DNA from: Bacteroidales bacterium
GTDB lineage: Bacteria; Bacteroidota; Bacteroidia; Bacteroidales; UBA10428
DNA: 64,000 bases
Assembly: GCA_035913795.1 (NCBI GenBank)
Contig: JAMIIA010000174.1
Span: 50,325-114,324 of the forward strand
Direction: 5' to 3'
Every line of letters begins with the position of its first letter. Position 1 is the stretch's first letter. Under the pieces are notes generated by a model that saw only the letters and a program-made list of their open reading frames with translations, ran no database searches and had not been told where the DNA came from. Made by a program: the position numbers and the translations under genes. Of the stretch, positions 7,598 through 17,387 are shown piece after piece.

Positions 7598-8236
7598 TCA
7601 CTGTAATTTCAAACGAGCAGCCATTGCCTCAAGGTCTGATTTCCCCCATGCATAGGGCAGGAATTCATCTTCCGGTTTTTTGGTGCTATTTTCTAATGCC
7701 AGTTGAATGCATTCGCCGGCTTGTTGCCTTCCATACTCTGAATCCGGATATTTTACAAGAAAATACTGCGCCAATACATAGTGAGCGCGGATATTTTTTT
7801 GATCGCCGGCGAGTGCATTTTTCAATAAAAAGGCGCAGTCAAGCAGGGCCACACTGTCGTTGGTATATTGGTATTGATGCAATTTCAGTTTTGCTTCGAG
7901 AATATTGAATTCAACCAAACCACTAAACTTTTTACCACTTTGATCGAAGAAGGTTTGTACTGCATTTAGAACAACGGGCTTATTATTTAAATTCGAGTCT
8001 TCGGTACACTTTAAGGAGGCATAGATATAATAATATGCTGACCTCCAGTCGTTAGGGTTTGTTTCGAATATTCTGTAGAAAAAAACCGAGCTTTGAGTGT
8101 AACCCTTAAGTGTATTCGCAGAATCCAACGATACTATTCCGGCATTTAATTGCTGGGCATACCAATCTTCGGTTTGCCCGCTCAAAGTGGTTTTTAAAAT
8201 CAACAGCAATAAGGCAGCTGTGAATATTTTATTCAT
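7598..8236 (-). CDS. Secreted helical (TPR-like) hypothetical protein
   Basis: Signal peptide MNKIFTAALLLLILK. ATG overlaps the stop region of the upstream gene. The ORF track starts it at 8257. Confidence 0.6.
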   Translation of the reverse strand: MNKIFTAALLLLILKTTLSGQTEDWYAQQLNAGIVSLDSANTLKGYTQSSVFFYRIFETNPNDWRSAYYYIYASLKCTEDSNLNNKPVVLNAVQTFFDQSGKKFSGLVEFNILEAKLKLHQYQYTNDSVALLDCAFLLKNALAGDQKNIRAHYVLAQYFLVKYPDSEYGRQQAGECIQLALENSTKKPEDEFLPYAWGKSDLEAMAARLKLQ

Positions 8237-10940
8237 GTGAAACAATAATTTTCTCATTTTTGGTAAAATCGTTGCTATTAAACTGAATAAAATAGATTCC
8301 GTCTTTTAAGCTTTGTTTTTTCAATCGAAAGCTTAACTCATGCTCGCCGGCTGCGATTGTTCCAGAATAAAAATCTTCCAACTTTTTACCATCAATGGTA
8401 TAAAGCGAAATTAAAACCTCCGATTGCGATTGAAGAAAGCAATGAACCGTAAAATTGTCAGAAACAAATGTCGGATAAATGTGCACCTGTTGCATATTGG
8501 CTTTGTTGTCGTCGATGCCGGTTTCCTCCTGAAAAAGGGCTAAAATTTGATCGTTTTTGTTAATCCTTAAACTATTGTTTGCAATGCTTTCAGATTTTAA
8601 GAACACACTTTCGTTCGATTTCCATTTATAAAATGGTTTATCGAAAGTGGAGGTATCATACGCATTTAGTGCAATATCGATGTTGCCAAAATAGGCAGCA
8701 TTCCAGGGCAAATTTGTAATCTGAAGCGAATTTACATCCAATGCAATGTTTTCTCGTGGTAAGGCGTCGAAGGTGATATTGTAGGGACCAGTGAGGTTGT
8801 AGCAGCTATCCAATTTGTTTTCTGCCCATGCACCGCATCTTCTTGTTACAAAATCTCTTAAGCGATCATAGTTTTTTTCCCATTCTTCATAGCTCCCGCC
8901 AGGCCAGCGTTCGTTATGCCGGTACATTTCGGGTGCAATTAACGCTTTAAGACTGTCGAGCTGGTGCAGCATATTTTCGCAGCTGAAAGTGGTATTGATT
9001 AAATCGATGTATCGCGAAATGTAATAATTATTAAACCCTGGGTTACCACGCAATTTATTGAGAATCTGAATATGCCTCTCCGGATCGGACCATTCGGTCA
9101 AATGATCGACGTTGCAAAAAGCTGCATTTGCTGAGGTGTCGGGTATTCCTGTGTAATTAATATAGAAGGCAAAAGAGGCATCGTTGTCCCAAAGAATATA
9201 GCCCCATTTTTTATGGTCCCCTTCTGGGTTAAGGCCTCTCCACCATCCTGTATTGTATACCAGCCAGTCGGATGACACAGAAATCGAGTGGCCAATTACA
9301 TAATCTGTTAAGCTTTCAACATCTAATTCAGCTGCTACTTTGTCGAAATTACTTTGGTTTGCCATCGAATGGCTGAAAATAAAATCGGTAAGCTCGTACC
9401 AATCTTCAAATGCCTGTTCACCTCCATATTCTGCCCAGGTATATCCCCAGGTTAAAAGGTATTGTATATCATATTTTCCCTGGTTGTAGTAATGCTCGGT
9501 ATAATCATGGTCATCGGGAATTTCTCTTATATCATATACTCCCCAGTAGTTGCCGTTTAAATAAACAACACATTTCGAGGCGGCCCTTACATCAAGTTTC
9601 ATATCTCCCTGCTTGCAAAGGTTTTGGAAATAGGCATCTCTAAGATGAGCGCTTCCCAAATTCGAAATGTTTTGTATGCCATCGGTAGTTGCAGGGTAGT
9701 TGTCGTCGCCGGAGGCACGTAATATGATGCGCTGAAAATTTTTCCTGTCGGAAAGGGTAAAGAGCTTTTCTTTTAACTCTTTGCTATACCCCATTTCGTC
9801 GCGGGCAACAAAATCGAGGCTTCGCTGATCGTTTACCCATGAATCCTGTCCATGCGAATTAAACTCACCATACGAATCGGCAGCTCTTGTTCCGCTGGTA
9901 TCGAAATATTCTATGGTTCCCCACGGACGGGCTTCTTTTAAGCCCATGGCCAAACTATCCAACAGGCTGCCGGAAATGGAAATTACAGGTAAGCTGTGAT
10001 TTTCGCTGATAAAATAAGTGCCGTATTGTATAAATCCAGGAAGAATAGTGGTGTCACTGTCTGCAATTATTGCTTTGAGAATGGTTGTCTTGTCAATGCT
10101 TACCGGCGCCGTATACACATAAGATTGTGTGCCAGGCTCTGAACCATCGACAGAATAATAAATGGTTTCATTCTCAGAAGCTGTGCCTGAAATACTCACT
10201 GCGATGGCACTGCTGTAAAATCCGGCATCGTGACTGAACTTGGGTTTGGGCGAATACTTTATAAACGATTTTTCGTTGCTGTTGGATTTTCCGGCGGTAG
10301 GATTTACAAACACACCCCAGTTTGATACTCCGTCATTTACCCTGCCATACGAACTACAGCCTTTTGTTTTTCGAATATCTATTGCATCAATCAGGTTGCC
10401 ATTCTTATCGGAAAGAAAAATGGTTTCTTTTTTGTCTTTGGTTTGGGTTAACCTAAAATTGGTATGAATGGTATCGTTTTCAATCAGATTTCTTCCACTG
10501 GCAAAAATTATTTTAAATCCTTTGGCAGGAATGGGGCTGCAGGAAGGTATCTGGTACTTGACAAGGTTGGTTTCCTTGTCGCTTAAGTAATAACCAGTTA
10601 TATCAATCGGTTCGTTGCCTGCATTGTATAATTCAATCCAATCTTCCAGTTTACCATAGTTATCGCGACAGGTAACGCAGGTGGAGTCTTCCATGGCATA
10701 CGACCAAACGTAAGGGATTGAATCCATGGTTGAAGAGTCGGCATTGAAAAAATCTTCTGTTTTTAAGTCCCAGATTATAGTCGTATCGTAATCATTCGAA
10801 TCATAAACCGGAAACCAAATTGTGTCATGCACTAAAACAACCCGCTTTATATTTGAACAGGAATACTCGTTAATGACAATTTGCGATTTTAGGTGGACTG
10901 AGATAAGGAAGAAAAGGAAAAGTAGAATTTTGTTTCTCAT
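8229..10940 (-). CDS. CotH-kinase-family protein with lamin-tail domain, Ig/CHB_HEX-like domain and T9SS domain
   Basis: IVINEY...DWIELYN (LTD); PKFSHDAGFY, IYYSVDGSEP; LNGNYWGVYDIRE, ILWDND (CotH); IYPT...GIYFI C-terminus. Confidence 0.85.
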   Translation of the reverse strand: MRNKILLFLFFLISVHLKSQIVINEYSCSNIKRVVLVHDTIWFPVYDSNDYDTTIIWDLKTEDFFNADSSTMDSIPYVWSYAMEDSTCVTCRDNYGKLEDWIELYNAGNEPIDITGYYLSDKETNLVKYQIPSCSPIPAKGFKIIFASGRNLIENDTIHTNFRLTQTKDKKETIFLSDKNGNLIDAIDIRKTKGCSSYGRVNDGVSNWGVFVNPTAGKSNSNEKSFIKYSPKPKFSHDAGFYSSAIAVSISGTASENETIYYSVDGSEPGTQSYVYTAPVSIDKTTILKAIIADSDTTILPGFIQYGTYFISENHSLPVISISGSLLDSLAMGLKEARPWGTIEYFDTSGTRAADSYGEFNSHGQDSWVNDQRSLDFVARDEMGYSKELKEKLFTLSDRKNFQRIILRASGDDNYPATTDGIQNISNLGSAHLRDAYFQNLCKQGDMKLDVRAASKCVVYLNGNYWGVYDIREIPDDHDYTEHYYNQGKYDIQYLLTWGYTWAEYGGEQAFEDWYELTDFIFSHSMANQSNFDKVAAELDVESLTDYVIGHSISVSSDWLVYNTGWWRGLNPEGDHKKWGYILWDNDASFAFYINYTGIPDTSANAAFCNVDHLTEWSDPERHIQILNKLRGNPGFNNYYISRYIDLINTTFSCENMLHQLDSLKALIAPEMYRHNERWPGGSYEEWEKNYDRLRDFVTRRCGAWAENKLDSCYNLTGPYNITFDALPRENIALDVNSLQITNLPWNAAYFGNIDIALNAYDTSTFDKPFYKWKSNESVFLKSESIANNSLRINKNDQILALFQEETGIDDNKANMQQVHIYPTFVSDNFTVHCFLQSQSEVLISLYTIDGKKLEDFYSGTIAAGEHELSFRLKKQSLKDGIYFIQFNSNDFTKNEKIIVSHE

Positions 10941-11276
10941 TTAAATAGGGTTATGCTTTTAGTAAGAATAGATGACTGAAACGAACAATGGTTGCGTTAA
11001 GGAGCGTTTTTTTTCAAAAGTATTGATTTTATAACAAAATAAACCCTGCCATTTTTTAGTAAGGCGGCACGATTTTAACCAAAGAATATTCGCGATCGAA
11101 TAGGCTTCAACATAAATATTTGTATTTTTCTGTACCCGGGCTTTGGGTGTTTAAGTAAGGTAAATCAGGCAGAAATACCATACTTGTGTATATGATTTTT
11201 ATTCTTGCATGCCAACAATTTCTGGCTTTAAGCTACCTTTATACAGCCAGCAGAAATTTTTCTGGGTTCAATAGGT

Positions 11277-14141
11277 ATGAAAAAGTTTTATCTGAAAATA
11301 ATACTTCCTACAATCCTCACCATTTTATTGTTTATTCTAACGATATTCTTAATCATTATCCCTCGTTTCCAGCAGAATATCATGAACGGAAAGCGGGAAA
11401 TGATACAAGAGCTTACCAACTCGGCGTGGAGCATACTGTCGGAGTTTGAAACCGACGAGCGAAATGGACTACTTACACGCGAAGAGGCCCAGAAAATTGC
11501 AATTTCGAGAATACAGTATTTACGCTATGGCGATGAAGGCAAAGATTATTTTTGGATAACCGATACCTTTCCAAATATGATCATGCATCCGTTCAGGTCC
11601 GACCTCAATGGGAAGGACTTATCGGATTTTACCGACCCGCATGGTAAGAGGTTATTTGTAGAATGTGTCGAAACAGTTAAAAAATCGGAACATGGTTATG
11701 TAAACTACATGTGGCAATGGAAAGACGACTCGCTCCACATTGTTCCAAAGTTATCGTATGTTAAAATTTTTAAACCCTGGAACTGGGTTGTTGGAACAGG
11801 TATTTATATCGAAGATGTAAAGAAAGAGATTTCGGCCCTTTCCAGAAAATTGCTTTGGATATCGGTTGGCATATCCGTATTAACGGCTTTGCTGCTATTT
11901 TATATTATCAAACAAAGTTTGAACATCGAACACAAACGAATTGAAGCCGAAAAGGATTTAAACGAATCGAAAGAAAAATACCGAACACTTGTAGAAGCAG
12001 CAACCGAAGGTTTGTTGATGCTTGTTGACAGTAAAATCAGCTTTGCCAATGCGGTATTGAGTAGAATGATTGGGTACGAAACAACTGAGCTTATTCACCG
12101 TTCGCTCGATGAAATTATCAGCGAGAACAACAATAAAGATATCATCGATATTTTCTTAAAGAATTCTGTAATTAAAGAGGGGCAATTTGAGCTAAATCTT
12201 AAAAAGAAAAGCGGTGGATTTGTAGAAGTGCTTGTTACCACATCAACCGCCAAATTCTTTGGTAACAGAGTGAATATATTTATTGTGAAAGACATCAGTA
12301 TCGATCGGGGTCAGACTTTTTCCAACCTCGATTATCAAAAGTTGATTGGCACTTTAAACCTGGGGTTTTTTAAAGTAAGAATCGATACAAAAGGTAAAAT
12401 TTTGTTTGCCAACGAAACAGCCATCCGCATTTTTGGATTTGAGAGCTTACACGAACTTTCCGATGTAAATATTCTAAAACTATTTACGGATCCAGAAGAA
12501 AGAAAAAACCTCAGAAAAAGTCTTTTGGCCGAAGGGTATATTAAAAATAAAATTCTTGCTATAAACTCTAAAAACAAAAACAGTTCAATTGTTGCCTTGT
12601 CGCTAGTAGTCGTTGAGAATGAAAATCCTGAGCATATGGTGTGTGATGGAATAATCGAAGACATTACACTAAAAGAAAATGAGAAAACACAGTATAATAA
12701 TCTCATTGCCGATTTAAAATCAACTAGTTTTTTACTGGAGCAAGCCATTAAAAATTACATTATCCCATTTTATTCAGTCGATTCCGATTCGACAATAGGT
12801 GAAGCAGTCAGGATTTTATCGAAACAAAATACCGATTGTTTATTGCTTACAAAAAATGAAAACGACTACATCGGAATAATTTCGAATAACGACATTCAAA
12901 AACGGGTGCTATCCTTAAAACTGAACCTCGAGAATCCTGTTTATTTAATTATGAGTTCCCCTATTGTTTATGTAGGTTGCGATACTCCTGTGATAGATGC
13001 AATTAACCTTTGTGAGGATAAAAAAATAAACCACCTGGTTGTAGTGGATGAAACAAATACCATTACAGGAATATTTAGTACCAAAGCAATCTATAAATAC
13101 TTCACCAACTCACTCTCTCTCTACATCGACAAGGCAGGTAAGGCAGAAACAAACGATGAATTAAGGCAATGCTATAAGGCACATCAGCTATTTATTAAAC
13201 CGCTAATAAACAGCGATATATTTATTAAACATATCACCAATCTTACCTCCTCCTTTTCCGATTCGGTGGTGAAAAGAATTATTGAATTATCGATTCATAA
13301 ACTTGGTAAGCCACCTGTTGATTTTTCTTTTATATGTCTCGGCAGCGAGGGTAGAAGGGAAGAAAGTTTATTTACCGACCAGGACAATGCCATCATTTAC
13401 GAAGATGTTCCGGCAGAAAAAGAAGCTTTGGTAAGCGAATATTTTATTCAACTGGGCGAAATGGTATGCAACTCATTAAACCATGTAGGTTATTCGTATT
13501 GCAAGGGCAATGTGATGGCAAAAAATCCGCAGTGGAACAAACCAATAAGTACCTGGGAAAAGTATTTTACTCACTGGATCATCACCCCTGAGCCACAGAA
13601 TCTGTTGGGTGCAATAATTTTCTTCGACTTCAGAACCGTATATGGCAGCGAAGAATTTGCAGACCGATTAAGGAAAATGATTCATACTTTGATTTCGCAG
13701 CAATCGGTTTTTTTGTACCATCTGGCTTTTAACAGCTTTAATACCAAAACTCAGAATATATCTGGTGGTAACATTTTATCGGATAGTAATGCAGAAATGC
13801 TGGATTTAAAAGGCAGCATTAATCACATTATCATGTTTGCACGGACCTATTCTCTTCAAAATAATATATGGGCCACAAACACAATCGAAAGGTTGGAGGC
13901 ATTAAAATCGAAGCACATTATTGAAAAGAAGACTGTCGATGAAATTATTTTCGTGTACAACTATTTAATGAAACTACGTTTCAAAAACCAGATTAAACTT
14001 TTGGATAACAACTTACCCTTATCGAATGTATTAAATACAAAGGGTTTGATTGATATCGAAATTTCTATTCTAAAAAAACTGCTGTCGCAACTACCAGCCT
14101 ATCAAAACAAACTCAGTATCGATTTTCGAATAAGCACTTAA
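11277..14141 (+). CDS. Membrane protein: TM-sCache_2-TM-PAS-PAS-CBS pair-DUF294 nucleotidyltransferase-DUF294_C
   Basis: YFWITD..MIMHP..DPHGK..VNYMW..PKLSY..PWNWVVGTGIY (Cache); YRTLVE..EG (PAS); IGIISNNDI (CBS); CLGSEGRREESLFTDQDNA and IFFDFR..YG (DUF294). Confidence 0.85.
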   Translation: MKKFYLKIILPTILTILLFILTIFLIIIPRFQQNIMNGKREMIQELTNSAWSILSEFETDERNGLLTREEAQKIAISRIQYLRYGDEGKDYFWITDTFPNMIMHPFRSDLNGKDLSDFTDPHGKRLFVECVETVKKSEHGYVNYMWQWKDDSLHIVPKLSYVKIFKPWNWVVGTGIYIEDVKKEISALSRKLLWISVGISVLTALLLFYIIKQSLNIEHKRIEAEKDLNESKEKYRTLVEAATEGLLMLVDSKISFANAVLSRMIGYETTELIHRSLDEIISENNNKDIIDIFLKNSVIKEGQFELNLKKKSGGFVEVLVTTSTAKFFGNRVNIFIVKDISIDRGQTFSNLDYQKLIGTLNLGFFKVRIDTKGKILFANETAIRIFGFESLHELSDVNILKLFTDPEERKNLRKSLLAEGYIKNKILAINSKNKNSSIVALSLVVVENENPEHMVCDGIIEDITLKENEKTQYNNLIADLKSTSFLLEQAIKNYIIPFYSVDSDSTIGEAVRILSKQNTDCLLLTKNENDYIGIISNNDIQKRVLSLKLNLENPVYLIMSSPIVYVGCDTPVIDAINLCEDKKINHLVVVDETNTITGIFSTKAIYKYFTNSLSLYIDKAGKAETNDELRQCYKAHQLFIKPLINSDIFIKHITNLTSSFSDSVVKRIIELSIHKLGKPPVDFSFICLGSEGRREESLFTDQDNAIIYEDVPAEKEALVSEYFIQLGEMVCNSLNHVGYSYCKGNVMAKNPQWNKPISTWEKYFTHWIITPEPQNLLGAIIFFDFRTVYGSEEFADRLRKMIHTLISQQSVFLYHLAFNSFNTKTQNISGGNILSDSNAEMLDLKGSINHIIMFARTYSLQNNIWATNTIERLEALKSKHIIEKKTVDEIIFVYNYLMKLRFKNQIKLLDNNLPLSNVLNTKGLIDIEISILKKLLSQLPAYQNKLSIDFRIST

Positions 14142-14166
14142 AAGGTATAAAACGGTGTTAAAAATA

Positions 14167-14197
14167 CCCGCCCCTAACCCCTCCAAAGGAGGGGAAT
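14167..14197. repeat. REP-like GC hairpin between convergent genes
   Basis: cccctaa-CCCCTCC aaa GGAGGGG-aa; could also act as a terminator. Confidence 0.45.
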
Positions 14198-14251
14198 TGT
14201 TCACTCGGTAATACTTTCACCAAAACTCAACTCCGAATACGCCTATTTTAT

Positions 14252-15007
14252 TCAGATCGAAAAATAGGCATTCCGCTTAAAACTTTTGTGCTCATTGCTT
14301 TGCACATAGCCCAACTGATTGGTTAGTAAAATCGTATTTCCAACTTGCAAAGGCTTTTGATTAAAATGGCTATGGCCATAAATCCAGAAATTGACATTAC
14401 TGGACTCTATAAAACCGGTTAAATCGACACAAAAAGCTTCGTTGATGGAGCTGTTTTTATGCTCAGAAGAGTTACACAAATTCGAGGGCAAGTGATGGCT
14501 TACTACCACAGTTTTCTCATGCAATTCTTTTACAGATTGTTGTATAAACTCAAAACCTTCGATATGCAGCAGGTTGTATTCTTTCGTTTTAAGCTTTTTA
14601 TTCTTGTGCGAAATGCTTGTAAAATCTGAAACCCCCAGTTCAATATTTCTCTCGTTTTCAGGACTTATTTTCGTCCACAATGTGCTAAAAACGAAGCGAA
14701 TGTTTTCATAAATTAACGCAACATTGTTTACGATATTGATATTGTCTCTTATTCGAATATTGTACGAATTACTGAATTCGGTAATATCCTTGTAGTAAAA
14801 TTCGTGATTGCCCGGCACCCAAAAAACCTGTTTATAGTTTTCAGCGATAAAACCAAAAAATGAGTCGTTTAAAAATTCATCATGGAGGGGAATAATATCT
14901 CCGGCTAACAATAAAATATCGCCACTAACTTTAAGAGGGTTTTTAGAAATATACCTGCTGTTTTGACCAAATTCAAGGTGCAAATCAGAACAATACTGTA
15001 TTCTCAT
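14252..15007 (-). CDS. Calcineurin-like metallophosphoesterase
   Basis: All five motifs are present: SDLH, AGDI, PGNHE, SHH and GHSH. Confidence 0.9.
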   Translation of the reverse strand: MRIQYCSDLHLEFGQNSRYISKNPLKVSGDILLLAGDIIPLHDEFLNDSFFGFIAENYKQVFWVPGNHEFYYKDITEFSNSYNIRIRDNINIVNNVALIYENIRFVFSTLWTKISPENERNIELGVSDFTSISHKNKKLKTKEYNLLHIEGFEFIQQSVKELHEKTVVVSHHLPSNLCNSSEHKNSSINEAFCVDLTGFIESSNVNFWIYGHSHFNQKPLQVGNTILLTNQLGYVQSNEHKSFKRNAYFSI

Positions 15008-15091
15008 CTATTTTTTATCTAAATGACTTAGCATAAATCACTTATTTTTATTTCCGATCTAAATATTGCGAATAAAACCTCTATTTAAAAG

Positions 15092-15121
15092 TTTGCTCGT
15101 ATGCTTTAAATGATAACTTTG
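15092..15121 (+). promoter_or_regulatory. Bacteroidota sigma-A promoter for DUF485-actP-porin
   Basis: TTTG (15092) - 18 bp - TAACTTTG (15114). Confidence 0.55.
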
Positions 15122-15163
15122 CCGACAAAATTTATTTTAATTCAAAATTAAAAACAAAAATAT

Positions 15164-15436
15164 ATGTTACATGAACCCGTAGTAGAAATTGGAACTGACA
15201 AAGCTGCAGCAAGAAAAGCAAAGCTAGGCGTAAAAATGTTCATTGCTTACACTATTATTTATGCTGGTTTTGTGCTTATTGGTTTAACCAAACCCGAGTT
15301 AATGGGGTTGAAGATATTAGGTGGACAAAACCTGGCCATTGTTTATGGGTTTGGGTTAATTCTGCTTGCCATAATTATGGGCTTTGTCTATAATTATTTC
15401 TGCACAAGGTTGGAAAATAATTTAAATAAAAACTAA
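15164..15436 (+). CDS. DUF485 (YjcH-like) small membrane partner of ActP
   Basis: Two TM segments, YAGFVLI...LAIVYGFGLI; lies directly upstream of the SSS transporter. Confidence 0.8.
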   Translation: MLHEPVVEIGTDKAAARKAKLGVKMFIAYTIIYAGFVLIGLTKPELMGLKILGGQNLAIVYGFGLILLAIIMGFVYNYFCTRLENNLNKN

Positions 15437-15453
15437 TACTAAAGTAAGAAGAT

Positions 15454-17376
15454 ATGATTTACGAAGTTTCAAATTTAGCAATTGCTATTTTTTTATTTAT
15501 CGTGGGTTTAGTATTAGGCCTCTCCTTTTACTTTGCAAGAAAAACTAAGTCGGCTTCAAGCTATTATGCTGCAGGCGGAAATATCCATTGGTTTGTAAAC
15601 GGTATCGCTTTTGCCGGCGATTATTTATCAGCCGCCTCCTTTTTAGGAATATGCGGAATGATAGCATTTTCGGGTTATGACGGATTTCTATACTCCATCG
15701 GATACCTTGCAGGATGGGTGGTTGCTTTGTTTTTAGTTGCCGAACCACTTAAAAAACTGGGTAAGTATACTTTTACCGATGCCTTAGATTCCAAGTTTAA
15801 TTCGAAACAAATAAAATTGGCGGCATCAATCAGTACGCTTATTGTTTCTATTTTCTACCTCATTCCACAAATGGTTGGAGCCGGCGATCTGGTTGTTCCT
15901 TTGCTCGGATTACCCCATTGGATGGGTGTTGTGCTGGTTGGTTCAATTGTAATTTATATTGTTGCCACTGCAGGTATGACCTCAACCACTTATGTGCAGT
16001 TTGTGAAAGGTGCTTTATTGGTTATTTTCTCTACCGTACTTACAGTTTATATTTTAAATAACGGACTGACATTAAATCCAAATGAGAATTACCACAAATT
16101 TGCCCAAATCAACGCAACGATTACAAACGATACAATTGTAAGTGTACCTGATTCAACTTTGATTGTTAAAAACACCAAAGTTGTTGATAAGATCGTGTTT
16201 GTTAAACTTCAGAAAGAAGGAATCGACGGCTGGTATAAACTTAATAAAACAGAGGATAAAGCAGTTCTCGATGAAATGCCTTATATCACAGTAAACCCTG
16301 GTGGCGAAAAATTATACAATGGCGCCCCAAAATCCGAGAAGAAATTTTATCAGGTCGGACACCTCAGCAAAATTATTGTGGATGGAAAAGAAGTCGATAA
16401 AACAGGCCCTGTTGGACCATTTGAGTTTTTAGAAACCATTGAAAGCAGCGAAGTCGTGCGTTTCACAAAAAAGGCCTTCTCCGATGGCGATGACAAAGTA
16501 ACGGTATGGTACCAGAATGTTACCAAAGGTGAAAATGTGATGAAACCAGGTCTTTTATACAAGCTATCAAAATCGGCAGGAGCATCTTTCTGGGACAGGT
16601 TAAACTTCTTATCGTTAATGTTAGCCCTATTTTTAGGAACCTCGGCATTGCCACACATTTTAATCCGTTATTATACTGTACCAAGTCAAAGAGCCGCAAG
16701 AAAATCGACAATAGTAGCAATTGCAGCGATTGGATTCTTCTATGTTCTAACTCTTTATATGGGACTTGGTTCGATGATTAGCGGCGCTTTAGATGTGGAG
16801 AGCAGCAATATGTCTGCACCTCTTTTAGCAAAAACTTTTGGGGTAGGTATTTTTTCCATAATCTCTGCAATTGCTTTTGCCACCGTGCTTGGTACTGTAA
16901 GCGGACTAATTGTAGCCTCTTCTGGTGCTATTGCGCACGATTTTATCGATAAGTACCTGCAGGTAGAAATGACCGACAAGGCGAAAGTAAAGGCAGGAAA
17001 AATTGCTGCTATATGCGTTGGTATTTTTGCTATCATTTTGGGAATTTTGTTTAAAGGGATGAACGTATCATTTCTGGTGGGACTGGCTTTTGCAGTGGCT
17101 GCTTCTGCTAACCTTCCGGCAATTCTGTTCCTTTTATTCTGGAAAAAGACCACAGCCAAGGGTATTGCCTGGTCTATTATTGTGGGTATAGTATCTTCAA
17201 TAGGCATTATACTATTCTCGCCTACCATGTTCGACAAGTATGGTCTTGTACCAGCAGATGCGCCAATTCCGCTCGACAACCCTGGTATTATCTCCATTCC
17301 ATTGGCCGTAATTACTTTGGTGCTTGTATCACTGATGACCCAGAAAGACAACTCAACAAAAGATTTTAGCAAATAA
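15454..17376 (+). CDS. actP: Cation/acetate symporter (SLC5/SSS, ActP-like) with a large soluble insertion
   Basis: YYAAGG, NGIAFAGDYLSAASFLG, GTSALPHILIRYYTVP, AFATVLGTVSGL and AASANLP. Confidence 0.85.
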   Translation: MIYEVSNLAIAIFLFIVGLVLGLSFYFARKTKSASSYYAAGGNIHWFVNGIAFAGDYLSAASFLGICGMIAFSGYDGFLYSIGYLAGWVVALFLVAEPLKKLGKYTFTDALDSKFNSKQIKLAASISTLIVSIFYLIPQMVGAGDLVVPLLGLPHWMGVVLVGSIVIYIVATAGMTSTTYVQFVKGALLVIFSTVLTVYILNNGLTLNPNENYHKFAQINATITNDTIVSVPDSTLIVKNTKVVDKIVFVKLQKEGIDGWYKLNKTEDKAVLDEMPYITVNPGGEKLYNGAPKSEKKFYQVGHLSKIIVDGKEVDKTGPVGPFEFLETIESSEVVRFTKKAFSDGDDKVTVWYQNVTKGENVMKPGLLYKLSKSAGASFWDRLNFLSLMLALFLGTSALPHILIRYYTVPSQRAARKSTIVAIAAIGFFYVLTLYMGLGSMISGALDVESSNMSAPLLAKTFGVGIFSIISAIAFATVLGTVSGLIVASSGAIAHDFIDKYLQVEMTDKAKVKAGKIAAICVGIFAIILGILFKGMNVSFLVGLAFAVAASANLPAILFLLFWKKTTAKGIAWSIIVGIVSSIGIILFSPTMFDKYGLVPADAPIPLDNPGIISIPLAVITLVLVSLMTQKDNSTKDFSK

Positions 17377-17387
17377 TATTTTTAGAA

